Shown: positions 18,415-27,729, numbered from the stretch's first letter. The stretch: DNA of 64,000 nt from Bdellovibrionales bacterium (GCA_965217115.1 OZ244239.1:582392-646391), one strand, 5' to 3'. The notes: generated by a model not told the origin, from the sequence alone. Program-made: numbers and translations.

Positions 18415-18436
18415 AAATAATTTAAACAATGACTAA

Positions 18437-19699
18437 CTACGACCTTCCATCACGAATCGCCAGGGACGGCCGCAACCCACTCAAACTACGGGCAGGTAAC
18501 CAAGCACTCATAAAGGCCAGCACTACAGATACCAAGAAAACTATACTCACTAAAAACAAATCCACTCGCACGGGAATTTGGGAATCGTAATAAATCCCTG
18601 GAAGCACATTAAGAGGATAGGTCTTCAACAACCAAATGGCTAAAAAAGAAGAGATCATTCCCCCAATGATACCGAGCAATGACAGAAGAAAACCCATTCT
18701 GCCAAATATCTTCGTCACCATCGCAGATGACATTCCAAGGGCCATCAACACCCCGATCTCTTGCTTTTTTTGTGAAACAAGTAACAACATCACTGTAATA
18801 ACACTACATACAGCCATCAAACCACTCAAACATAAAAACAGCCCTATGACCAACTTCTCCAGTTTCAGTGCAAAAAACAATGCCGCATTACGATCTTTCC
18901 AAGATTCTACAATCGCCCCCGGCATTTGTAATAATGCTTCTGTCTCTTCTAACAAATTCATATCATCCAACCACAACTCCACCCCTAAATAACGACTGGG
19001 AGATTCTTTAAACACATGAAGAGCCTTACCTAATTGATAAAAAATAAATTTACTATCCACATCTGACACATTCGTCGTGATGATTTTTCTCACCACCACC
19101 TTCTCTAATCGAGGGACTTCCCCTGAGGGAAGTAACAGTGCCTCAGGAGGTATGACTGTCAATGTATCTCCTTCCAACACCCCCAATCTCTGTGCCAAAT
19201 CAACACCTATCACAACCTCCCCTGCCTCTAAAGGAAAATTGTCTTCCTCCTCCCACAAGGCTTCTTCCCCCTGATTCTTTTGTCGCAATTGTTGAAGGCG
19301 TGAAAACATTTTTTCTAAAGACCTTCCCTTTAACCCTCTAGCCATAGCTCCACGGTAAGCGCCATCAATCGTTCTAAGAATAATATCCTGATTTTCAAAA
19401 ATAGAAAATTGAACTCCCTGCAAAGATTTTACTTTTTTGTAAAAAGAGCTCTCTTCGAGTTTTTTTAAATCATTCGAATCACTCGACCTAATGATCAAAT
19501 GAGGTTCTACTGATAGAATACGCTCCCTAATATTATCATTAAACCCATTCATTATACTCAACACTAGAACAAAACTAAAAACTCCCATAGCAATACCCAA
19601 AACACTCAGGCGAGCAATAACCTTTACCAAAGATCCTGAACGTTTAGAAAAGATGTATCGAGAAAAATAGACCCAACTAAGCATGATCAATAGGCCCAC
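18437..19699 (-). CDS. LolC/LolE-family (FtsX/MacB-type) lipoprotein-release ABC permease
   Basis: N-terminal TM, a periplasmic MacB-like domain and a C-terminal FtsX-like 3-TM bundle. FSRYIFSKRSG...ISVLGIAMGV is typical of the LolC/E N-terminus. An alternative ATG is at 19684. No adjacent LolD ATPase. Confidence 0.8.
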   Translation of the reverse strand: MGLLIMLSWVYFSRYIFSKRSGSLVKVIARLSVLGIAMGVFSFVLVLSIMNGFNDNIRERILSVEPHLIIRSSDSNDLKKLEESSFYKKVKSLQGVQFSIFENQDIILRTIDGAYRGAMARGLKGRSLEKMFSRLQQLRQKNQGEEALWEEEDNFPLEAGEVVIGVDLAQRLGVLEGDTLTVIPPEALLLPSGEVPRLEKVVVRKIITTNVSDVDSKFIFYQLGKALHVFKESPSRYLGVELWLDDMNLLEETEALLQMPGAIVESWKDRNAALFFALKLEKLVIGLFLCLSGLMAVCSVITVMLLLVSQKKQEIGVLMALGMSSAMVTKIFGRMGFLLSLLGIIGGMISSFLAIWLLKTYPLNVLPGIYYDSQIPVRVDLFLVSIVFLVSVVLAFMSAWLPARSLSGLRPSLAIRDGRS

Positions 19700-20268
19700 A
19701 GTGAATAGAAAAAAGATTTACACGATTCTATAAAAGTTTCCCAAAATCCTAAATAATAATTTCCAGAAACAACAGCTCTTACATAAATAGGATAATCAGG
19801 GGGGAACACAGATTTAAACGTATCATAAGCCCTCTTCATATGTAGCCTTGATGTGATTAATAAGATATCACGACAATGAAGAGCGCCAATAATAGCCAAA
19901 GACTGTCTAGCATTACCATAGGTTGTTCTTGATTGTTTTTCCAAAATAACATTCTCCTCTTTTATATCACCATAAAAAGGCCATTGAGGAAAAATTTGAC
20001 GTAACTCAGATCGCGGATGAACACCTGAGATAATTAAATTCTTAACTTGTTTCCGAGCTAAAGCATCAAACCCTTCTTTGACACGACCAACACTGCCCGT
20101 CAAAACCACGGCACAATCTGCCGATCTGTCCTCCAACCAAGAACTCACAGGAGTTCGAGAGACTTTTTGATATTCATCACGAATATTCCAAGTAAAAACC
20201 CCGATTAACAAAACCAATAAAATTAGAAATTTTCGTGTAATACTCAATCTTGTTCTGATTTTCAGCAT
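19687..20268 (-). CDS. DUF218 / YdcF-SanA-ElyC family protein
   Basis: N-terminal TM, then VVLTGS..R...G..L.....NLIISG and TTYGNA...LLITS..HM.RA patterns. Confidence 0.7.
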   Translation of the reverse strand: MLKIRTRLSITRKFLILLVLLIGVFTWNIRDEYQKVSRTPVSSWLEDRSADCAVVLTGSVGRVKEGFDALARKQVKNLIISGVHPRSELRQIFPQWPFYGDIKEENVILEKQSRTTYGNARQSLAIIGALHCRDILLITSRLHMKRAYDTFKSVFPPDYPIYVRAVVSGNYYLGFWETFIESCKSFFYSLWAY

Positions 20269-20270
20269 GT

Positions 20271-20657
20271 CTATTTCTGGAAGTGAGCAATCACCTCAAT
20301 CTCCACATTAACTCCTTTAGGCAAGGCGCTTACAGCAACGCAGGAACGAGCAGGAAAAGACTCATGGAAAAAACTCTGATAAACCTGATTTACTTCTTTA
20401 AAATCATCCATATCCGTCAAAAATACACTCGTTTTTATAATATGAGAAAAATCCAGGCCAACTTCCTTCAAGAGAGCCTTAATATTTTCCATCACGATTT
20501 CTGTTTGACGCCCCACTTCTCCACGGAAAACCTCGTTAGTCTTAGGATCAATGGCTATTTGTCCTGAACAAAAGAGAGTGTTCTCTACGCGCACTGCTTG
20601 AGAATAGGAGCCAACTGGTAGAGGGGCTTGACTGGTCACAATAATGTTCTTTTTCAC
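20271..20657 (-). CDS. ridA: RidA/YjgF family reactive-intermediate deaminase
   Basis: 128 aa. The ...APLPVGSYSQAV....LFCSGQI...P.T... and ARSCVAVSALPKGVNVEIEVIA patterns are present. Confidence 0.88.
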   Translation of the reverse strand: MKKNIIVTSQAPLPVGSYSQAVRVENTLFCSGQIAIDPKTNEVFRGEVGRQTEIVMENIKALLKEVGLDFSHIIKTSVFLTDMDDFKEVNQVYQSFFHESFPARSCVAVSALPKGVNVEIEVIAHFQK

Positions 20658-20863
20658 TGAATTCTCCTCTCTCTATCCTACAGTTTGATATCCCATTGAG
20701 AATAAATCCTCTCCTACAAAAAGACAACCTCACATTTATTATCCTGAAGGTCTGGGACAATTTACTTCATAACATCGATTTTCCCACCGATTTTTCTATT
20801 TGACACTCTCAAATTTTATAAGAAAGATCTAAGACTCTATCTCTGTTTTCAAAGGAGCATGAA

Positions 20864-21262
20864 GTGTCCACCCAGAAAGAACCAACAGGTCTGCTGTCTA
20901 CCCGCACCCTCGCCATGCCTGCCTATACGAACCCCAGCGGAGATATTTTTGGAGGATGGCTTCTGTCAGAGATGGACATCGCTGGAGCTATATTAGCTCA
21001 AAAACATGCCAAAGGGCGGGTCTCTACCGTCGCCTTAAATGGTATGACGTTTTACTTGCCTGTCTGCGTCGGTGATGTTGTCTGTTGCTACGCCAATCTG
21101 ATTAAAGTCGGAAAAACATCTTTAACCATAGATATACAAGCATGGAAAACCCCTCAAAAAAGTACCCAGAGAATAAAAGTCACCGAAGGGACTTTCACCT
21201 ATGTCGCCATTGACGAAAACCGTAAACCTCGCCCTCTGCCCCACATCGACACGCCTACCTAG
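20864..21262 (+). CDS. yciA: Acyl-CoA thioesterase, hotdog fold (YciA-like)
   Basis: TLAMPAYTNPSGDIFGGWLLSEMDIAGAILA...GDVVCCYA is closely similar to E. coli YciA. The GTG start has an AAGGAG RBS. Confidence 0.85.
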   Translation: MSTQKEPTGLLSTRTLAMPAYTNPSGDIFGGWLLSEMDIAGAILAQKHAKGRVSTVALNGMTFYLPVCVGDVVCCYANLIKVGKTSLTIDIQAWKTPQKSTQRIKVTEGTFTYVAIDENRKPRPLPHIDTPT

Positions 21263-21318
21263 AATTGATTCCATCGACTCTCTAAATAAAATGATTCTAA
21301 AACTCCCCCCACACGCTC

Positions 21319-22767
21319 CTACCCTCTCTCCTCTGTTAGATCCCTAAATGATTGCACAGTGTAATACTCAGCTTCTTTTATAATTTTCTCACTGATTTCA
21401 GTTTTACCCTCTAAATCCGCTATGGTTCTGGCAACCCTCAATAGAGACCCCCTTCTCCTCATAGAAGAAAACTTTGGCAGAAGATTTTTTAAAACAAACG
21501 CAGGGATGTCTCTCTCAATTTTATTCACACACAGCCGCTCATTCACCTGTGTAGATAAAGTTTTCTCTCTCCTGCTATTCATAGCAAATTCCTGACTCTG
21601 TTTAAGGTCATCCAAAATATCCTTCACTCTTATCTCTTTCTCACTACCCCATTTGTGGCTAAAGTTTAAAATGGTAAAACGATCTAGTAATGGACCCGAT
21701 AACCTCTCTAGATAAGCCATACATTTTCTCGCACTGCGATTGCAATTAATCACTTTTTGCGGAACCCATTTCCCACATGGACATAAATTCGTTGTGGATA
21801 AAATCAAAGATCTCGCTGGAAAAATGCTGCACCTCCCTGAACGCACAATCGTGATCTCTCCTTGTTCAAATGGCTCCCGCAAACCCTCTTGAGCTTTGAC
21901 TGAAAATTCTAGAAGTTCATCCAATAATAAAACTCCCCCGTGGGCCCTTGATATCTCCCCAGGTTGCGGAACTGTTCCTCCGCCTAATAAACCTATCGCT
22001 GTAATACTATGATGGGGTGCCACAAACGGACGCCATTTCAAATGATGTCCAAACAGTCTTGACAGAATTTGACTCAGAAGAAAAGTGTCCTTATCAGGCT
22101 CTTTCAAAAGGGCGTGAATCATCTTTGCGGTCGTTGTTTTTCCCGACCCCGCAGGACCTGCAAACAGAGTCGAGTGTTCCCCGTGCACAACAATTTTTAT
22201 GAGCTGTGCTACTGATAGAGATACTTTTAACTCAGAAAAATCCTCAGGCCTTTCAAAGGAAGGTTGCCAATTGGATCTCTTTGGCTTTAAATCATTCTTT
22301 AATTCTTGTAACTGATTGATTTGCAAAAAAGAATAATCTGACATCAGAGGACCGCTCCCTGTCAGAATAGAAATTTCTTTCCCATGCTCAAAGAGATCTG
22401 ATAGATCCTCTGGCGCTTTCACCTCACCTGTTAAACCCAGCTCTCCATAGGCAAAAACTCTATCTCCTCCCCACCGTGGTTTTGGCACTTGCTCTGTTGC
22501 CAACAAGATAGCAAAAGCAATCGCTAAGTCTAAACCACGACTTTGTTTCTTAAGATAGTGGGGTCGAAGGTTCACTAAAATCATCTGTGCCCGAGGAAAT
22601 TGAAAACCTTGTGCCTTCAGAGCAGACTTCACACGCACCGTGCTTTCCTTAATCACCGAATCTGGCTGCCCCATGATCTGTATTTGAGGAATTCCTGATA
22701 GCAAGTGCACTTCAACTTCAATTGGAAGTAATTTCCACTCATGGCGAATGAAAGAATGAACAGTCAT
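21319..22767 (-). CDS. YifB/ComM family Mg-chelatase-like AAA+ ATPase
   Basis: Walker A GPAGSGKTT, Walker B VLLLDEL and a Lon-like N-terminal domain. ATG 22767 has an AGGAG RBS (the ORF track starts at 22848). Confidence 0.88.
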   Translation of the reverse strand: MTVHSFIRHEWKLLPIEVEVHLLSGIPQIQIMGQPDSVIKESTVRVKSALKAQGFQFPRAQMILVNLRPHYLKKQSRGLDLAIAFAILLATEQVPKPRWGGDRVFAYGELGLTGEVKAPEDLSDLFEHGKEISILTGSGPLMSDYSFLQINQLQELKNDLKPKRSNWQPSFERPEDFSELKVSLSVAQLIKIVVHGEHSTLFAGPAGSGKTTTAKMIHALLKEPDKDTFLLSQILSRLFGHHLKWRPFVAPHHSITAIGLLGGGTVPQPGEISRAHGGVLLLDELLEFSVKAQEGLREPFEQGEITIVRSGRCSIFPARSLILSTTNLCPCGKWVPQKVINCNRSARKCMAYLERLSGPLLDRFTILNFSHKWGSEKEIRVKDILDDLKQSQEFAMNSRREKTLSTQVNERLCVNKIERDIPAFVLKNLLPKFSSMRRRGSLLRVARTIADLEGKTEISEKIIKEAEYYTVQSFRDLTEERG

Positions 22768-22946
22768 ACAACTCCTTTCACTGAGCATAATTATAAAAAC
22801 GAAGCAATAATAGAAGAGCCCTTGAAACACACTTGTTGCAAGAGCCATGGAGAAGATTTTCCCGGCGGATTTCTAATACAGGAAATAAATACGAATTATC
22901 TTCCATAAAATGGTCAGAATTTCAGAAATAAAAATCGCTTCTGTTC

Positions 22947-23828
22947 TTATTTCTGCTCTGACTCCACATCTAAGCTAGATAACGGATGAAACTCATCAAT
23001 CGTCTGTTTCATTTTCTCCGTTGTTACGCTCGTGTAGATTTGGGTGGTCTGAATATTAGCATGCCCCAAGAGCATCTGAATAGAACGGAGGTTAGCACCA
23101 GACTCCAATAACGCCGTCGCACAGCCATGACGAAATTTATGGGGACTTATCGGTATAGATAAACCCGCCTCTTTCGACCAAGAAGAGAGCCATCGCCATA
23201 TATCCGTGCGACTAGGCCGCTTACCCCGATCATTTAATAAAACAGCATCTGTCCCTGTTTTTAACAAATGGGGGCGGACCTCTTTAAGGTACGTAACAAA
23301 CTCTTCCATCAAGCCTTCAGTCAACGGCACTAAACGCTCTTTTTCTCCCTTACCAAGAACCTTTAACCACCCATCAGTATGGCTAAAAGAAGAGAGATTT
23401 AAATCAATCAACTCCGTCACGCGACAGCCCAATCCATAGAGTAAAAGCAATGTGATTTTATTACGAGCTGTTTTAAATATATCTTTGACCTCACAGGCCT
23501 CGTAGAGCTTTTTAAAATCATCCATTGTAATAGGCTTCGGTAGGGTGGCTTGAATACGGGGAGACTTTAAATCCCTTAATTCAGGCGTTTTTTTACCACG
23601 GCTCTCTAAAAATTTAAAATAAGTCCTCAAGCTACTAATAACCCTCGCCTGAGAGCGGCTCGACAACCCCTGTTCCCCCATGAATTGATAAAAACCAAGA
23701 ATATCTTGGGGCTTCCCATACTTAACGAAAAGTCCCAAATCCCTTCGATAGGCCATGACTGTATTGCGAGAGCGTCCACGAACATTTTCTAAATCATCAA
23801 AAAAATCTGCCCATAAAATTAAGCCCAT
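22947..23828 (-). CDS. xerD: Tyrosine site-specific recombinase, XerD-like
   Basis: NTVMAYRRDL (XerD-type), catalytic region ...PHKFRHGCATALLESGANLRSIQMLLGHANIQTTQIYTSV. Confidence 0.75.
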   Translation of the reverse strand: MGLILWADFFDDLENVRGRSRNTVMAYRRDLGLFVKYGKPQDILGFYQFMGEQGLSSRSQARVISSLRTYFKFLESRGKKTPELRDLKSPRIQATLPKPITMDDFKKLYEACEVKDIFKTARNKITLLLLYGLGCRVTELIDLNLSSFSHTDGWLKVLGKGEKERLVPLTEGLMEEFVTYLKEVRPHLLKTGTDAVLLNDRGKRPSRTDIWRWLSSWSKEAGLSIPISPHKFRHGCATALLESGANLRSIQMLLGHANIQTTQIYTSVTTEKMKQTIDEFHPLSSLDVESEQK

Positions 23829-23861
23829 GCAGAGAGCTTACCTAATACAACCCCCACTAGC

Positions 23862-23897
23862 AAAAAAAAAGTTCATCCACTAAAGTAGTAGATGAAC
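23862..23897 (-). terminator. Rho-independent terminator of the two-lipoprotein operon
   Basis: The minus strand reads GTTCATC-N13-GATGAAC followed by T9. Confidence 0.6.
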
Positions 23898-23922
23898 TTA
23901 TATGAATTAGAAAGCACTCAGA

Positions 23923-23932
23923 GGGGGGGGGG
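23923..23932. repeat. Homopolymeric G10 (C10 on the coding strand)
   Basis: Read directly. It lies between the lipoprotein-gene stop (23965) and its terminator hairpin. Confidence 0.95.
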
Positions 23933-23964
23933 ATATCTAAGCGCTCTCTGACTTCCAAGGTTGT

Positions 23965-24642
23965 TTAGTAAGTCACTATCACTAATCCAGGATTACAGAC
24001 TTGCCCATTGACCGTTTCCACCAAAAAGGGCGCGGCATTTATTCTGTATTCATAATCTAATTTTACGTTACCGTTAGAATCAATTCCGCTATAACTACCT
24101 GGTCCAAGAATGTTCATGCTCATCCTGATACGAGCAGTGTTGTTACTAGAGCGTCCACGGGCTTCCATAACGATCGTGTTGTCTCCATGTTTTCCTGACC
24201 ATTGACCCGCTTGAATTGTTTCAAGATCGTATTCACCTTGAGGTAGAAGACAAGTCTCAGGCGTCACATAATTAATAGAGAGGTAGCCACGTACGCCAAA
24301 TGTTCCTATGTTATTAGGCACGACTCCTATATGGTGATCTGCGATTTCCTGAGTTCCCATATTCTCGTATGAACCATTCTGTGCAATAAGACCCACAGAC
24401 ATCGTTCCAATATCATTCCATCCGATAGCTACTTTTCCTGTAGCATCTGCGAAAAGACCTTTTGTATTTAAAGGCAGACATCCTGAAGATGTGCAACTTG
24501 ATCCGTTTCCAGAACGTATTACGTTGCCACTATCATCCTTTTTAGAGCAGCCCACTGTGAATCCAGCTAAGGAGACAACTAGGCCAACTATAATAGATAG
24601 GTTCTGCCATTTTCTTTTTTTGTACACAGATAAAAATTTCAT
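23965..24642 (-). CDS. Lipoprotein of unknown function
   Basis: ATG 24642 follows a GGAGGGAG RBS. Lipobox FTVGC. No family was recognised. Confidence 0.65.
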   Translation of the reverse strand: MKFLSVYKKRKWQNLSIIVGLVVSLAGFTVGCSKKDDSGNVIRSGNGSSCTSSGCLPLNTKGLFADATGKVAIGWNDIGTMSVGLIAQNGSYENMGTQEIADHHIGVVPNNIGTFGVRGYLSINYVTPETCLLPQGEYDLETIQAGQWSGKHGDNTIVMEARGRSSNNTARIRMSMNILGPGSYSGIDSNGNVKLDYEYRINAAPFLVETVNGQVCNPGLVIVTY

Positions 24643-24657
24643 TTTTACTCCCTCCAA

Positions 24658-25401
24658 TTAATTTAATTTAAATGCTTGGTTTAAGCTTAAGTTTCTAAAT
24701 TCACCCAGGAGAGTGTATCCTCCCTCTGGAGTTATTCTATTTTCATCATCATAACCAGCCCCACAGCTGTAAGGACCTCTAGTGACAAACCAACATTTCG
24801 TCGGTGATGGCGGCGCATACACGTTCCCAAAGTTCTTGTAATAAATTCTTCCGTTCACATCATCGTCTGGACCCAAACCATCACCTAAATCAATGACATC
24901 ATCAATAATAACAATCACAGACCCGTACTCATCTTGAAACATCGCTCGAAACATAGTTTTACCGTCTAGAGTTAACCATTTATTGTACTTGTTCTCTTTT
25001 TGCCCATCATATTTATTATATCTAACGTCAATTATTTCAGATCCAGTGCTTTGAGAACTCTGATGAAAAACCCCATCATCATAATAAGAGATACTTACAT
25101 TTCCTTTATAGAGATCACTCTCTTCATCCCTCTCAAGACTTAAGCGAATTTTATACTCGCCAGGATTGTTAAGTGGTCGCTCATAGACATAGTCTTCCAT
25201 CGTACGTGCTTTCTCATGATCTGTTGAACCTGCAGGAAAGAAGTTCGCGACCCCACCCGACAGACCATCATCAAATTGACCTGTTGGTGCTCCAGGAACT
25301 GTTCCATAGGCTGGGGAATTGTCACCAACATCAACCTGCTTCTTAGCACAGCCTCCAAGCCATAATGACAGAACACTTAGTATAATAATTAACGCCCTCA
25401 T
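24658..25401 (-). CDS. Lipoprotein of unknown function
   Basis: AGGAGGAG RBS and lipobox LGGC. The mature protein is D/G/Y-rich. No family was recognised. Confidence 0.65.
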   Translation of the reverse strand: MRALIIILSVLSLWLGGCAKKQVDVGDNSPAYGTVPGAPTGQFDDGLSGGVANFFPAGSTDHEKARTMEDYVYERPLNNPGEYKIRLSLERDEESDLYKGNVSISYYDDGVFHQSSQSTGSEIIDVRYNKYDGQKENKYNKWLTLDGKTMFRAMFQDEYGSVIVIIDDVIDLGDGLGPDDDVNGRIYYKNFGNVYAPPSPTKCWFVTRGPYSCGAGYDDENRITPEGGYTLLGEFRNLSLNQAFKLN

Positions 25402-25454
25402 GATCTCCTCCTAATATCCACCCCCTCAATAAGGAGGTTTCTTGTCTTAAGCTA

Positions 25455-25471
25455 TTGCCAAGCGTGTGCCT
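25455..25471 (-). promoter_or_regulatory. Sigma-54 (-24/-12) promoter candidate AGGCAC-N5-TGGCA
   Basis: The minus strand reads AGGCACACGCTTGGCAA. GG and GC are correctly spaced and the -12 box is imperfect. It lies about 55 nt upstream of ATG 25401. Confidence 0.4.
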
Positions 25472-25514
25472 ATTTTCTTTTCACTGTGTAACTATTTGAC
25501 TTTACTTGTTAAAG

Positions 25515-25540
25515 TAAAAAACTGTCTGATTTTGAGACAG
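25515..25540 (-). terminator. Rho-independent terminator candidate downstream of the LOG-family gene
   Basis: The minus strand reads CTGTCT-N7-AGACAG followed by T6-7. An alternative pairing partner is at 25548-25554. Confidence 0.4.
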
Positions 25541-25588
25541 AAAAATCCTGTCTAAAAAATGATTGTAAACCAAAAAATGTCACTTTTA

Positions 25589-25597
25589 GGGGGGGGG
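25589..25597. repeat. Homopolymeric G9 (C9 on the coding strand)
   Basis: Read directly. It lies between the LOG-gene stop (25701) and the terminator candidate. Confidence 0.95.
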
Positions 25598-25700
25598 TTT
25601 TTGAACAAATGGCTGTGGAATCTAGTGTCTATATTATGTGATATCAATATAATGGGAGCTGAAAACCCCATAGGATTGCACGCAGAACCCTTCTACGCTA

Positions 25701-26261
25701 TCATCTTCTCCCAGCCAGGTAATCAATGGCTTCTTGACTCGATTCGCACACATGGAATATTTTTTTTGCCCTTTCATCTATCATCGCGTGGGCTAAGAAA
25801 TCATCCATTAACTTGAGCAATGAATTCCAAAAACCTCTGTAATTGATTAAGACGATGGGTTTATCTATAAAATTGAGCTGTTTCCACGTTAGAACCTCAA
25901 GCAATTCATCTAAAGTCCCATAGCCACCAGCAAAAATGATAAAAGCATCGGAATATTCAATCATTTTTCTCTTTCGTTCATCCAAAGTCTCCACCACGAC
26001 TAAATCCTTTAGATTTGGATGCTCAATTTCCCGTATGGCCGCTAAATTTCGTGGAATAATCCCTTTTATTTCTTCACTCAATTCTAAAAAACCATCAGCC
26101 ACAGACCCCATTAATCCTGCAGAACTTCCACCATAACAGAGCTTAAACCCTTCCTGTGCAATACTGTAACCTAGCACCCTCGCCGCTTCATGGAAATGCA
26201 GCTCTAGATGGTAGCTAGCGCTGCAAAACACACAGATTGAAGAGCCTCTCTTTAATTCCAT
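25701..26261 (-). CDS. LOG family protein (TIGR00730-type nucleotide 5'-monophosphate nucleosidase / cytokinin riboside 5'-monophosphate phosphoribohydrolase-like)
   Basis: GGSSAGLMG and AGGYGTLDEL (PGGxGTxxE) motifs; 186 aa. Confidence 0.85.
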   Translation of the reverse strand: MELKRGSSICVFCSASYHLELHFHEAARVLGYSIAQEGFKLCYGGSSAGLMGSVADGFLELSEEIKGIIPRNLAAIREIEHPNLKDLVVVETLDERKRKMIEYSDAFIIFAGGYGTLDELLEVLTWKQLNFIDKPIVLINYRGFWNSLLKLMDDFLAHAMIDERAKKIFHVCESSQEAIDYLAGRR

Positions 26262-26538
26262 TCTAAAAACTCACAATGATAAATACATATTCCATCATCT
26301 CTCTCTCCCATTTCATCCTTGTTGGAGATACTACAAAAAATATTCTCATAAATAAAGATCTAAGTGACTTACCGCTATTACAGGGATTATCATATAATTA
26401 ATTCAAAGCTAAAAGATTTGTAACTATTCAGTTTTTTTTCCCACAAAAAAGGACTATGACCAGAAGACGAGCGTTGTGCAATACGTATCTGCAAAGTGGA
26501 ATAGCTTATCTTGAAACACACTGATATGAGGTACATCT

Positions 26539-26997
26539 ATGGCAAAAAAATACTGGCTTATGAAATCAGAACCTAATGTCTATTCTATCGATCACCTCAA
26601 AAAAGAAAAAAAATGTCTTTGGGATGGTATTAGAAACTACCAAGCGCGAAACTTCATGGTGAAAGAGATGAGTGTTGATGATGAAGTTCTCTTTTATCAC
26701 TCAAATGCCAAACCTCCAGGTATCGTTGGTTTAGCAAAAATATCAGCACCTGCACAAATCGACCCCACTGCTTTTGATAAAAAGTCCAAATACCATGATG
26801 AGAAATCCTCCCCCGACAAGCCAAGGTGGTTTTGTGTTGAAGTGAAATTCTCAAAAAAATTTCCACGCCTCATTAGCCTCGAAGAACTCAAAAACTACAG
26901 AGAACTCAAGGATATGCTGGTCATTAGAAGAGGAATGCGATTATCTATTCAACCCGTGACTGAAAAAGAATTTCAATTTATCTCCACACTCTCTTAA
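26539..26997 (+). CDS. EVE (PUA-like, DUF55) domain protein
   Basis: KYWLMKSEPNVYSIDHL......WDGIRNYQARNFM...GD.VLFYHS is the typical EVE N-terminus. Confidence 0.85.
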   Translation: MAKKYWLMKSEPNVYSIDHLKKEKKCLWDGIRNYQARNFMVKEMSVDDEVLFYHSNAKPPGIVGLAKISAPAQIDPTAFDKKSKYHDEKSSPDKPRWFCVEVKFSKKFPRLISLEELKNYRELKDMLVIRRGMRLSIQPVTEKEFQFISTLS

Positions 26998-27006
26998 TTC
27001 AGATTT

Positions 27007-27660
27007 TTAAAACGCGCTAAATGGCTTCAAAATTGCCACACGCTCATGGGGGAACTCACAATGGTAGGAAAACCTCTCTCCTATCCACTGAAATGTTTTC
27101 TGACTATAAAAACTCACATGGGTTTCATCTCGCCAATAATGCCAACCTGAAAAATCAGACACCTCATCATGTCTGTTAGTCATGATCACGACGGGGGCAG
27201 ATAATCCGATGACAGATAATATCTTCCTCCACTCTTGATTCACATCGTGAAAATGCTCCACAACTTCTGTAGATACTAAAAAATCGTATTTCTTTTCCTT
27301 TAAATCAGGAAAAAACGCGGGATCATAGGTATCCACCTGAATTCCATTCTCTGACAAAATCTCTGCCAATGCTGGGTAGGGACCACAACCATAATCTAAG
27401 CCAATCCATCCCGATTGATAGAGGTCTCTTATGCCCTCCACACTCGGCTGTAAAAAAGCACGATAGCCCTCATCCAAATTGCTGTTTTCATGCTGCGCAT
27501 AACGCCTCCTCTCCTCCGATCTATCAAGCAAGTCCTTGCGGTTCGCAAAAACAAGATCACAAACCCCACAGCGATAAAACACCCTCCGAGACTTGGTGTG
27601 TTGAAAATACAATTTACCACCCTCTTCATGGCAAAGAGGACATTCTTTATTCCTTTTCAT
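27007..27660 (-). CDS. Class I SAM-dependent methyltransferase with N-terminal Zn-ribbon
   Basis: CPLC...CGVC pairs, then motif I GLDYGCGPYP. Confidence 0.7.
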   Translation of the reverse strand: MKRNKECPLCHEEGGKLYFQHTKSRRVFYRCGVCDLVFANRKDLLDRSEERRRYAQHENSNLDEGYRAFLQPSVEGIRDLYQSGWIGLDYGCGPYPALAEILSENGIQVDTYDPAFFPDLKEKKYDFLVSTEVVEHFHDVNQEWRKILSVIGLSAPVVIMTNRHDEVSDFSGWHYWRDETHVSFYSQKTFQWIGERFSYHCEFPHERVAILKPFSAF

Positions 27661-27729
27661 ACTGACGTGATGTTATACTATTTTCCATAAAACAACCCGG
27701 AAATAATTCCTCAAGGAACGATAAAGACA

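Noticed and set aside
22947-23828. Tyrosine recombinase as the integrase of a mobile element or invertase of the adjacent lipoprotein operon
   Set aside because: The sequence has the XerD-type AYRRDL motif and a housekeeping-like size. I could not find inverted repeats flanking the lipoprotein operon. It lies more than 4 kb from the island and is separated from it by core genes.
25701-27660. LOG-family protein, EVE-domain protein and Zn-ribbon methyltransferase as a possible nucleotide/modification-based defence module
   Set aside because: The three genes are in divergent and convergent orientations (not an operon). Each is a widespread stand-alone housekeeping-type family. No nuclease, helicase or effector gene accompanies them.
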